Origin: Octopus sinensis
Lineage: Eukaryota
Length of the DNA stretch: 64,000 nt
Assembly (NCBI RefSeq): GCF_006345805.1
Contig: NC_043014.1
Span: forward strand, 53,382,001 to 53,446,000
Reading direction: 5' to 3'
This document shows, piece by piece, positions 1 to 49,019 of the stretch. The position numbers were made by a program, and so were the translations under genes. Under the pieces are notes generated by a model. That model had not been told where the DNA came from, ran no database searches, and worked only from the letters and a program-made list of their open reading frames with translations. Within the stretch, counting starts at the first letter, position 1. Every line of letters begins with the position of its first letter.

Positions 1-129
1 GATTCTTTGAACGAAACGGAAAACATCCACGAAGCGAAAATGTTTAATTAGTTTTCAAAGATTTAACCTACAAACCTCACACGTTCAGTTCCTGCGCGCG
101 CGAGCACTGCATACACACGCGCACGCGCG

Positions 130-560
130 CAGCATACATACTTGACACACACATACATACATACATACACACACATACATACATACATACATACATACAT
201 ACACACATACATAATAAAAGTGTCTTATTCGCAATTTACAACCAAAAGACAGAAATATAGACGTCAGAGTTGTTTTGACTCTCATTTCTAGCAATAGTGA
301 TGCTGACTAGTGCCCTTAGCCACTATAGATAGATAGATAGATAGATAGATAAATATGTTTCTTTATTAGCCACACAGGGCTGCACACAGACAGGACAAAT
401 TACAAGGTAGAGCTTTTCTTTTGGGGGTAAAAAAAAGGGGGGTTGGTTTTCGATCAAAAGGGATCGTAAAAGGAAAGAAAGAGGATAGATAAATAAATAG
501 ATAGATAGATACATTGATTGATTGATAGCTAGATAGATAGACAGATAGAGAGAGAGAGAT
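130..560. repeat. Microsatellite cluster (CA)n/(CATA)n/(GATA)n
   Basis: Directly visible tracts at 130-210, 326-350 and 485-560. Confidence 0.9.
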
Positions 561-1679
561 AGAGATATCTATGTATGTATTATTTAAACCAGAGTGATTC
601 CCCCCCCCCCATGCGACTTTAAGTTTCGGAGGCTTGTTTGCAGAACCGTTGCTCGTCTGGCTCAGATAGGTCAGGGTTACATAATCAGGCTGTTGAACCC
701 CCAACTGCCAAACTGATTGGTAAAATCGGCCTTAATTGATATAGAATAGAGTAGGCTTCCATTGAGATTTATGTGTGTTTCATAAGAGTAGGGTTAATGT
801 AGGGAACACAGCCACTAGTGTAGGTGGGTGGGGCGGTACGGGCGGCGCTTTTAAAGGGGCATCACTTTTGGGTCTGTGTTTTTTGTGGAGTCTTGGAGCA
901 GTAGACGGAAGGGCCGCTCCGGGCGGTACACACTCTAGCTACGCCAGTGAATACAGCATTCCTGTCAAATGGCCACGGTTGGACTTTCAAGCACAGATGA
1001 CATGATCCAGCCGCTGCGGATTCTATTATTCAACCAATTCTTATTTTATCAAACCTCAAAAGACGAAAGGCAAAGTCATGTATCCCCCCCCCCCTCAAAA
1101 AAAGGGGAAGGAAGGATACATTAGTAATGGTTTGAATGTCTTTGGATATCGTTCTGCTCAATCAGGACAGACCTAGGGCTAAACAAACACAGCGACAATA
1201 ACTTTATCTGAAGCAAAAACATCATTTGATATAACACCCACACACACATACCCACCCCCCACACACACTCTGCCACACAGCTGAAGGAATCTACGAAACC
1301 TGAAGGAATTTTTTCCTGACTCCTTTGAATCGTTATAAGATTAGGCAAGACGCCAAACAGTGCTTATTTATGGCCATTTACTTTCGAGGTTCGAATCCCA
1401 CTAAAACCCAATTTATCGTTTAATCTTCCTGGTTCCATAAATATTTCAGCTTTCATCTTTTCGGAGTCGATGAGTACCAGTTGAATACGGGGGTTGGGGT
1501 AACTTCTCCCCCGAAATTGCCGGTCTTATGACAACATTTGAAACCATTATTATTCCAGTTTTCTTTCGGTTTATACTGATAAAATATAAATATAAAAACT
1601 GCCTCCTTTTTCACCCTGTCCAACCCTACTTTTATTTTCAAACATTTTCTCAAGTTTTTTGGGGAGGGGGTTAAGTTTA

Positions 1680-1995
1680 CAGCATAGGTTCTCAGAATGG
1701 GCCCTACAGTCCCCCCCCCGGTGGGCATTGAGAGGGTCCAGATGAGCACTGGTGTCTAAGGGAGCTGTAGAGAAAGGGGAGGCGTTGGAAGGAAGGCAGT
1801 GGATTAGGGGACGCTTATGAATTTATAATATTCTTATAGTATTGTATACAAATTATATAATATTATATTAAATACCAAATGATTCATAGTATATAAATTA
1901 GTAAAATATTTATTTACACATAAAAATAGGGGTGGGGACGCCGAGGGTATTATGTGGGCATGAGAGGGGCGATGACCCCAAAAGTTTGACAACCT
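1680..1995. mobile_element. Possible degenerate hAT/Charlie-type MITE
   Basis: The left end (cagcataggttctcag) and the right end (aagtttgacaacctctg) resemble degraded CAGTGGTTCTCAA-type terminal inverted repeats. A similar end occurs at 31970. Confidence 0.35.
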
Positions 1996-3360
1996 CTGCT
2001 TTACACTAACAACAGTTTACGATTTTTGTCAAAAACAAAAAATAAAAAGTTTTTAATTCCACCTTCACCAAATTTGCTTTTAACTTCTTTCGAAACTTTT
2101 CTAGGAATTCTCTTTCGAGTTGCAGTGTTTTTACCAAAATTTCAGCTATTTTAATGCTAATTGCTTGCAACAATTTTCCGAATACAGTATATACAAATGA
2201 GCTTAAACATTGATACAAGGCCCTAAATTTTAGGGGAAGATATAGGCGACCAAATCATCCCAAGGATTTGTTGGGGACCTTATTTTATCGATCCCAAAAA
2301 GACTGCAAAGTAAATCTCGAAGAGATTAAATTATATCTTCGTCTTTGAAGGAAAAAAGATCGAAGAGGTACAAAAAAAAAAGCGATAGAATTTGTTGTTT
2401 AGGGCTAGGTCAGATCTCATCGAAAAAACCTGTGATCAAGCACTCTCCAGTCGTGACCGTTTTGTCTATATGAAGGACTTCATTGTCTAATGTGCCTTCA
2501 CCACTCTTTTTGAAAACTACAGAAGCATGAGGAGGGTTATGCTGTTATTTCTAACAGGTCGAACGACTGCATAAATGCTCCCATATTAGCTCGGTAGGAT
2601 GAGTTTTATTTTAACGGAGCAAACGTTTGATCAGAAGCATTCCATCCGTGACGATTGTCTTTTTCGAGTGTCTCTAGAATTACATCATCGTCTATCACAT
2701 TTCTATTCACATCAAGAATGCCTAATCTAATTTTGAGGGGAGATTTGGCTGCTGTTTTTAGTAGGTCGAATGACCACATAGAGGATTCCTCCCTGGCTCG
2801 ACAAATGAGTTGCTGCGAATATGACAAAAATAAGCAATAAAAGAGAGAGTGTGTGTTTGTGTGTTTTGGTTTTTCAGGAGGAGAGAAAGGAGAAAAAGTT
2901 GGTTCCCAGATTATTTCCAATTGGTTTTACTTCGTTACCAAAATTGCAAAGTTTATTATGAAAAAAGCAGAGAAGGGAAAGGTTTTCGGTCGGCGACGAA
3001 AGACCGTCTCGAAAGCAACGAAGAAGAAGAAGAATAAGAGAGAAAGACCAGAGTTATTCAGGATTAAAATAACGGTTTCTGATTCAGGAACAAGATTAGG
3101 AATTGTCTTTTGAAGAATGAGGGAGGCTAGTCATTCCCTCGTGGGGTACTTTAGTATTTGGACGTCGGGAGGATGTGAAATCAGAACGAATGCGGTAAAG
3201 CGTCTTCGCTGCCGATCAAACGATTCCGCCATCTGTTAGAATAACAACGATTATTAATAAATAAAGTTTGATACGGAGCGTGGGGTGGATGTGAACTCGA
3301 GATCTCCAGATAACCATTGAGAATAAGAAATAAAGGGAAAGCGAGGCAAGTGCGCGGTTT

Positions 3361-3420
3361 CGAGCAGGTCACGTGACAGCCAAGGTCACCAGGTCAACAG
3401 CGTGCGCGCGCGCGCGGTGT
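3361..3420 (+). promoter_or_regulatory. GK proximal promoter: palindromic E-box GTCACGTGAC, three AGGTCA half-sites and a (GC)n tract in a CpG-rich region
   Basis: GTCACGTGAC at 3368-3377; AGGTCA at 3366, 3383 and 3391; about 110-140 bp upstream of the ATG. Confidence 0.55.
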
Positions 3421-3507
3421 CGAGGCAAAGAAACTGGTTTTGTGTGGGAGAGAGAGAGGTTCGAACCCTCACTTCTCTCTGTTTTAAAGGACCATAGAAA
3501 CCCTCCC

Positions 3508-40670
<37,163 letters not shown>

Positions 40671-41779
40671 CAATAGCTGGTGTTTTAGTTGACGACTGTT
40701 TAAATTAGTGGGCTGGGGTTAATTGTTGTTGTTAATTAAAACAAAACGACTTTGATTTCTCAAATTTTGTTTGAGTTGTTTATTTTATTTTTTTCATGAT
40801 GGTGGTGGTGGTGGTGGTGGTGTTTAACCCTTGGTCATCCCTGATCCAACAAATTTGGTCATTGCAGGTGCAACCAATGAGAATGCTTCTAGATGGTGAC
40901 TCAATCTGCTAGAAATAGCAACCAAATCGTCCTATCACACCTAGTGTCTTTAACAAAAAGGGAAGGATACTTTGGAGACTGTAGTCTAAGATAGACTAAA
41001 GCTAAAATGATTGAAGAGAAACAGGAATGGAAACCTAATAATATACTGAGACATTAGCATTAATTTGTAATTAGCTCAGGTGTATGAAAGGTTAACAAAA
41101 CATTGCATCTTTGTTGGGGAATTTTCACTTGAAGAATAAAAGAAGAAAAACCTTTTCAAATATAATAAGTCAGTCCTTAAATAATGTAATCTGCGTTTAT
41201 CTGGTGTGGGTTGTCTGCAGGGGAAGGATGTATAGGGAGTCGATGTGACCACTTCACATAACTGCTGGGGTACTCTAAACAATATTTGCTAACAGACTGT
41301 GAGAATTTTAATAGCAATGCTTATTGTGCCCAATGCACACCTACTTATCTGGCTCCCAACTCTACAACTCTCAGTCTCTCATCCTTAATTCAGAGGCCTT
41401 AGATGCAGGGCAGTTTTCTAATAAATCTTGAGAAAGAAAGGGCACATTCTATACACCAGCAAATGAGGAATTTAGTAACAGACCATCGTAAGTGCCACAA
41501 TTTAAAAACCAAGAAAAACCATTTCTCAAACTGAGAAACACTAAAGCTTCTTAACCCACAAGACACTAAGGTGTGGCTGTCTCTTGTTCTGTAGAGACAC
41601 CAAAGATAAGCTCTGACCACAATGTATATGGAGGGAGAAAACATTAGGAATCACCAGTTTGAAGCTATCCACACAATGACCAAAGATGACCCGTCTGACG
41701 ATGTTGTTACCATTAAACCATGTGGCTTGGTTTCGCTATGAATTGATAGCAGATTTAACTGTTTCTGATTCAGGGTGTC

Positions 41780-43200
41780 TAGTGAAGAATAAGAACCATG
41801 GGTAGGTACAATGCATTTCTATGTGAAACAATAAAAAGATAGGAGTGATTACTAGGTGTGGCAATATTACCAGAAAATGGTAATTGGTGAGAAAATGGAT
41901 TAGGGATTGTGAAGGGGCAGACTTGCCATTGATGTGGAAGAGAAGAAAGTGATGCAGAAGCAGTATTAGGAGAGGCTGTTGAAGATGGAGAACGCATGGG
42001 ATGAAGAGGGATAAACTGATGCTGAACCTAAAGTGGGACCAGAAATTCAAATTGACAGCAGCATTGTTGATAAGGCAATTAAGGAGATGAAGAGAAGAAA
42101 AGCTGTCAGCCCCTCAGGTAGAGATGCTGAAAACATTCGGTGAGATCGGGGCCAGGATTACTACTACTACTACTACCCAGGTGGTTAATAATGTTATACC
42201 AGAAGGAATCGTACCTTCTTGTATAACTGGAGTGGCAGCATCAATAAAGGCAACTAAAGGAGAATCAAACCACTCGATCAGGTTACAAAGGTCAGAGAGA
42301 GAGAGAGAGAGAAGGATAGCACAATTAAGCCATGATAGAACAGACCTTGACGAGATGCAGTTTGGTTTCATGCATGGAGGAGGAGGAGGTGCCAAAGAAA
42401 GCCTTGACGGCTGCTATTCCTGGCACTTGACAGGGAACCACTTACGGTAATTTGAAGGTCACTAAGGAAGCTGAATGGTTTGTGAGGGCTGTACAGGCTG
42501 TGTACAATGACGAGTGATGGAGAGTCAACAATAATTGCAGGGATGAATTTGAGGGGAGGGTTGGAGTTCATCAAGGTTCACTATTCAGTCCCCACCTATT
42601 CATCGTAATGCAATCAGGCCATCCATGGGACCATCTCTATGTGGATAATCTAATTCTCATAGCTGCATCTACAGGAAATTCTTGGCATGGAAACTAAAGC
42701 TAGAACTGAGAGATCTTATGGTAAACTTAGCAAGGTTTTAGTAAGTAGGAAAGACGACAGGACTGTGGTCCCTTCTGGGACATGGCCTTGCTCAATATGG
42801 AGGAAAGGAGTAGTTATAAACCCCATGAGCTGTACTCAGTGTAAGCCATGGACACACAAGTGATGTAGCAAAACCAGAGAACATAAGCTTCATATGTGAT
42901 GGATGCACTGGAGCAGAACATGCTACGAGCACAACACAGGACATAGATAAAAGCTGAAATGGCTCCCTCAAAGAAGTTGGCAGCTTTAATTACATGGGAG
43001 ATGTAATGAGCAAAGGAGGTGGTTGCTCTGAAAGTAGCCAGAGCAAGGTGGAAAAAGTTCAGGAAGTTACAAAATGTTGCTGGCAACAAAGGTCTTTTCC
43101 CCACAGAGTGTATGATGCTTGTGTTAGAACTGCAATGCTGCATGGTAGTGAGACGTGGGCCTTGAACAGATAAGACTTGAGAAGAACTGGAAAGAAATGG
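41780..43200 (+). mobile_element. Degraded RTE LINE reverse transcriptase region
   Basis: AIKEMKRRKAVSPSG, MQFGFM, GVHQGSLFSPHLFIVM and LYVDNLIL (degenerate YADD), with many stops and frameshifts. Confidence 0.85.
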
Positions 43201-43334
43201 AGCTATCAACAATAACTCCTTGCAGAGTAATATCTTTGGATTGCATTTTTCTGTTGAAATGCTCTGCTTCGGTTTCAACTTATTTTGAAAATAATTAAGA
43301 ATTTAACCAAATGTTATTAAACTGAGTTTTGAAA

Positions 43335-43868
43335 CATTGGGCCTCACAGAGGCAATGGCAAGTGACCTGAAACCATTGGAGATATGCTGTGCTTAAGAAG
43401 ACCCAGCAAGCCAAGTGAGACCATAACCGTGGCCTATGCCAGTGCTGTATAACCAGCCCATTTAAGAGTACCCTTCAATCATTGCACAATAAACTATACT
43501 AGCAAAGACCTCTTGAGGCAAGTGAAATCACTGTTGTGGCCGATGACCACCAGATTGGCACCCATGCACATTAAAAGCACTATTCGAGTATGGTCGTTGC
43601 CAGGGCCGTTGACTGGCTCCCATGCAGGTGGAACATAAAAAGCACCATTTGAGCTTGGCCAATACCAGTATCGCCTGACTGGCCCTCGTGCCAGTGGCAC
43701 ATAAAAGCACCCACTACACTCTCAGAGTGGTTGACATTAGGAAGGGCATCCAGCCGTAGAAACTTTGCCAGATGAGATTGGAGATGGTGCAGCCTTCTGG
43801 CTCGCCAGTCCTCAGGCAAACTGTCCAACCCATGCCAGCATGGAAAGCAGACTTTAAAAGATGAAGAA
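43335..43868 (+). mobile_element. RTE LINE 3' end and UTR
   Basis: LGLTEAM..WRYAVLKKTQQAK* followed by the UTR with three internal repeat units. Confidence 0.85.
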
Positions 43869-44820
43869 GAAAGTTTTAATTTAGATCACTTTAAAAGACA
43901 GTTTGTAACACAGAATCAGGGTTGATCTTAGGCAGGTTGAGAGTTGATCCCTAGTCAACCTCAACTGAGAAGATCTATGATCAAAGGCATTCTAGCCATG
44001 ACCACCTTTTTCCAATGCATTGTTTTTTTAAGGTAGTGTGTGATTTGAAAAAGGTTGGGCTGCTATTTCTAGTATTCTGAGCGACCACTTCGAGGCTCAG
44101 CTATAGAAATCTAATACAGGCCACTAATGTTACGGTTTTGCAAGTGTCTCAACAATGTCAGCAGCAATTTTGAGGTTTTAACAATAACCTGTCATTCTTA
44201 AAACATGCTTCTAAGTAGGTTGAAGAAAATCTACCCACATTCACAAAATAGTGATTCTTTTTCCTTGAAAATCCAACGGTTGACTGAGTTTGGGAAAAAA
44301 ACAGCTGACAAAACTCAAGCTGTCTTGCCTCAAGTAACAATGGAGTTGACAACAGTCTTTGTAATATAAATCGGCCCATTGCAGAGCTACACACACACAC
44401 AACTGAATATAGAAAACTTGTCAATGTTACTCCCTTTTATCTTCTGACAGACTATTTCTTTTCTTTTCTTTTTTTTTTTTGTTATTTTTAGTTATAACTT
44501 GAAAAATAAACTTTAGAGTAACTACCTTGTGATGTAGTGGCATTAATCCTTTCCTGACCATATTTCCAATGAAAACAGACTGTTATTGTGTTTTGATTGA
44601 TTTTGAAAATTACAAAGAAATTGAAGCAACTTCATAAAATAATCAACTTAGTTATTTTATTAACACACAATTGGCTTCTTATTCCAGATTCAATTATAAG
44701 GCTTTGGTCGATCCTAAAGCTATAGTAGAAGACACTTGCCCAAGGTGCCACACAGTGAGACTGAACCTGGAACCATACGATTGTGAAGCAAGTTGCATAT
44801 CACAGCCATGCCAGTGCATA

Positions 44821-45070
44821 TATCATCATCATCATCATCATTTAACGTCCGTTTTCCATGCTGGCATGGGTTGGACGATTTTGACTGAAGGCTGGCAACC
44901 AGATGGCTGCACCAGACTCCAGTCTTGATCTGGCAGTGTTTCTACAGCTGGATGCCCTTCCTAACGCCAACCACTCGGAGAGTGTAGTGGGTGCTTTATA
45001 CGTGCCACCTGCACGGGAGCCAGTCAGGCGGTACTGGCAATGACCTCGCTCGAATGTACTGGCAACGACC
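44821..45070 (-). mobile_element. RTE LINE 3'UTR fragment, inverted relative to 43335-43868
   Basis: (ATC)n followed by tttaacgtccgttttccatgctggcatggg...ggatgcccttcctaacgccaacc. Confidence 0.85.
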
Positions 45071-45287
45071 TCAATCTACTGAGCTGAAAAACAATAAGAT
45101 TTAGTGTTGTTGCAGTCCTTTCCCCTTCCATCTGCCACATCCTGAAGGTTCTGCCAGATTAACAGCAGGAGAGTTGACAGGATGTGTATGTGCATTTATT
45201 TATGACAACATGAGGACCTACAACAATTAGCGAAAAGTACAAACAAATGGAAAATATATACACAGAACGTCACCAAAATATATATAT

Positions 45288-45379
45288 ATATTGCTACCTC
45301 TAGTTATTAAACTATGTGTGTGTGTGTTTATATATATATATATACACACATATAGTTTAATAACTGGAGGTAGCAATAT
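45288..45379 (+). repeat. Long inverted repeat (36-bp stem) around a short microsatellite loop
   Basis: 45288-45323 pairs with 45344-45379, with only two G-U pairs on the + strand. Confidence 0.9.
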
Positions 45380-46289
45380 CTCATAGGCTATGAATGACAA
45401 TATGGTCCACATCTTGCATGGCCTGTTTCGTTGGGAAGGACTGACAACTATTATCTACAATTTAATTCACAAGGAAGAGGGGGACCCGTGCAATGTGAAT
45501 CAGGATAAGGACCTTGATTTCACTGAAGAGTAAAGAACTACACTGACAGACAAGCTCCAGGAGGGGCTGCAGCACTGATGACGAGAATTTCAACATATGT
45601 CTTGTAATTGTTTCTGATTCAGAAACAAGGTCAGCTTTTTTTAAGGGATATCATCAAACCCAGGACTTGACTTTTATGAACCCTGAAAGCAATGAAGACA
45701 TACTTGCTCCCAGCAGGATTTGAACACAAGACACAAAGAGCCAAAACTAATTTTTGCAAAGCATTTCACCAGGTCAACATAAAACCAAATGTCTTCTAAT
45801 ACCATTACAAAACCAAAAACAGAATTTGATATTGTTATTGTTTCATGCCTATGGTGTCCCTAAGGAGTGGGCAGATTAAGGCCCAAGTGCAACCCAACCA
45901 TGGCCACCCTTCAACAAATTCCATTGTCTAACAAACAAGGCATTAAAAATAATAACTGCTGAATGCAAAAAACATTCAGGTCTCTTCTAGGCCAGAACCC
46001 CACCCCACCAACTAAACTATAATATATTTTTAATTATATTGATTTAACACTAATTAATTATAAGCAATATAATTAAACTAGGACAACAGGAAAATGTTTA
46101 AAACTTCTGTATACTTAAAGAAAAACTGTTATAAAAGAAAAATATGAATAGGAAAATTTACTAATTCATGGCAAGGCGAACCATTAAAGCTGGTGTGTGT
46201 GTGGCAGTGGTGGTGGCCACATTACAATTTGGATGGATTTTCTAATTTCTGATTCACAGGTCATTAACCGCTTCATTACTAATAATAAC

Positions 46290-47240
46290 AATCCTTTCTG
46301 CTCTAGGCACAAGGCCTGAAATTTGGGGGTGGGGGCTAGTCGATTACATCAATCCCAGTGTTTCACTGGTACTTAATTTATCGACCCCGAAAGGACGAAA
46401 GGAAAAGTCGACCTGGACGGAGTTTGAACCCAGAACGTAGCGGCAGACGAAATACCACTTACGATTCTACCAATTCGCCGCCTTAAATAATAATAATAAT
46501 AATTCGACCGAAGGAATGTCCAGCTGGTACTTATTTTATCAAAACCCAAAAAGATGAAAGGCAAAGGAGTCGTCTTCGGCAGAATTTGAACTCAGAATGT
46601 GAAGACGATCGAAATGGCGCGAAGCATTTTGTCGATAAATTAGCAAACAATGAAATCGATGTAATTGCCAAGACCCCACAATGTCAGGCCTTGTGCCTTT
46701 AGTAGAAAAGGGACGAAGGTAAAAATTATTATTATTATTATTATTAATGGTTTCAAATTCTGGGGGGGTGGACTCGCCAACTTAATAATAATAATAATAA
46801 TAAGGCTTTTATAGTTGCCAAGCAATTGACTGGAGGGGGGGGGGCGTGTTGAGGAGGGGAAACCAATTGAAGCATTTGACTAAAGGCTTAACATTTAGGT
46901 CGTAGTTGTGGGACAAAACGTTGACACCTCATTAAATAGACTGGAAGGAAATTAAACAATTTCATTTGTTATGAAACGGGTGGAAGGACTCGCCAATAAT
47001 AATAATAATAATAATAATACTTATTACTGTGAATGGGGCTATAATATAATCCTTTCTGCTACATGGACAAGACTTGGGACTTGGGGGTGGGTGCTTGGTT
47101 GGTTACATTGTCCCTAGTACTTGACTGACCCTTAATTTATCGACCCTGAACGATGAAAGGCGAAGTGAACCTGGACAGAATTTGAACTCAGAACACAAAG
47201 ACAAATGCTGCAAAGTATTTTGTCCGAAAGCTCTATTGTG
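46290..47240 (-). mobile_element. Cluster of tRNA-derived SINE copies separated by (AAT)n tracts
   Basis: Three cores (ctggtacttaatttatcgaccc..gaaagg) at ~46370, ~46530 and ~47130. Confidence 0.8.
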
Positions 47241-48099
47241 GTCAAAAAGGGTCGAGGGTTGATAATGAAATGTTGTTGAAGGGATTAGGAGAAGAAAAGG
47301 AAAACAATAATTAGTCCTTACCTTAAGCACAGGTGAAAAAGGGACCAGGTCAAGGGGTCAAATTGAACAGGAGAACGTCGAGACATTTGGTTCACTTCTG
47401 GTTGTTGGTGCTCACTAACGACATCTACTTCCAGTAAAATGTTAAGAACGCCCGTGGCCACCCCCACCTCCGTCCCGTCCCTCCAACCTGGTCTCAAGAT
47501 CATTTATTTTAACCAGAATAACGAAGATGGAAAATAAAGGAATGTGAAAATGACACCACCAACACACGACTGAACAACAGTCAAGATATTTCCTCGTGCA
47601 CCACCCAATTCTTCAATTGTTTCTGTCTTTGGACACAATCGAAAAAATCCAGCCTGTCCCCCCCCCCCCCATCATCTTATAGTTGCTCGTTCAGCAAGAC
47701 GGGCGCCGCTCCTTCTGTGACTGTGAAATTGCAGAACTCTTCTCAGATTCTTCTCATCTGCCACCACACTTCATTATCTGATGTGCTGATATCCCTCCAT
47801 AAACACGCTATCAATCCACCTTCGCTTTCCCCATTGTGGGACGCACAAAGCACATCGGATGACTTCACTCAAATTTCACCTTCGATCTGAATAGATGCAA
47901 GTCCGTCCTCTCTTCCAGTACCAGTTGGTGCTACGCTTGAATGTCTCATTGGAACACAACTCCCTGGGACACTATTTCCTCCACTGGGCGGGGAACCGGT
48001 CTGTGGCGAAGTTGGAGGTGACTGTCGCCCTCGTGTGTTGAATTAAATAAATCTTTCGCCAACACATTCTGAGTCTCGGTTTTCTTTTTTCTTTTGGTA

Positions 48100-48480
48100 A
48101 CTATTGAAAGTGAAACGAAACGAAAAGCGTGCGGCGACAGCAGCGGAACGAACAGCTTTCGCTCCGTGCAGCGGAGTAGGCAGAAACGCAGTGCTTTTGA
48201 CAGGGAACTGCTGGCTGTCCATCCAGGTGTCCGCCACTTTCGCTATTTTCTTGACAGCCGCACGTTTACAGTGTTCGCAAACCACTCACCCTTGCTATGA
48301 GAAAGCTCTGAGAGCCTTGGTCTGCACGACAGCCATTGGCCATTTCTGAGTACACCATAGCTGGAAAAGGCAACCTGGCCACTGACGCGCTCTCTCGGGG
48401 CCCCACCTGCTCTCACACCTACCTAGTCCCAATAACAGAAGGCCTGGATTACGAAGCTATGGCTGCAGTCCGACAGACAT
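48100..48480 (+). mobile_element. Ty3/Gypsy pol remnant (RT-associated RNase H)
   Basis: RSAFDRELLAVHPGVRHFRYFLDSRTFTVFANHSPL, then GKGNLATDALSR and GLDYEAMAA. Disrupted. Confidence 0.85.
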
Positions 48481-49019
48481 ATAGTGATGTCAGTATGTGA
48501 CATCCTATAATTTTATAAGCATGCGAGAAAGAGGGGGAGTCACCATCTTGTACGTAAAATAAGAATTTCCGAGACGTTTGTAATAAGTCATAGCATATTG
48601 ATTACTGGATGTAATACGCAAACATAAAAGGTTAATTGAAGGAAAGGCTTGTAACATCACAGGAACATATTTTGCAACTATATGTCTCAAAGCAAAATGA
48701 GGTGAATATGCGCGCCTGCGGGTTTGTATGCGAGTGGCGTGGCTCAATGCATGACCGGGAACCGACAGACAGGAGTGATTTCTTTTATTCGCCTATAAAA
48801 GGGTATACAAAGATATAAAACAAGGATGGGTCGAGAACAAACAACGGACATTACAGAGGAGGGGAGTCCATACTGCTGTGATTACGAATGTAAAGTTAAA
48901 AATGAAAAAGCGTTGTGGGTTTAAATTGTTTAATGAGTAGGTAGTTAAAATTAATTTATATATAAATTTTTCTCCCGGGTTTTATTTCAACTCGCCAGTT
49001 TCGAACCTTCGTTTTTTCC

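Noticed and set aside
1385-1405. GGTTCGAATCCC T-loop motif (also GGTTCGAACCC at 3458)
   Set aside because: No cloverleaf or A-box context; SINE-head remnant or chance match, not a tRNA gene.
2606-3113. ORFs upstream of GK (104 aa minus, 86 aa plus) and a possible divergent gene
   Set aside because: The first overlaps a dispersed repeat and the second is low-complexity K/R-rich sequence. No homology or linked exons recognised.
45570-45605. CTGATGA...ACATATGTC, a possible third hammerhead
   Set aside because: GAAA box missing and helix I does not pair; too degenerate to support.
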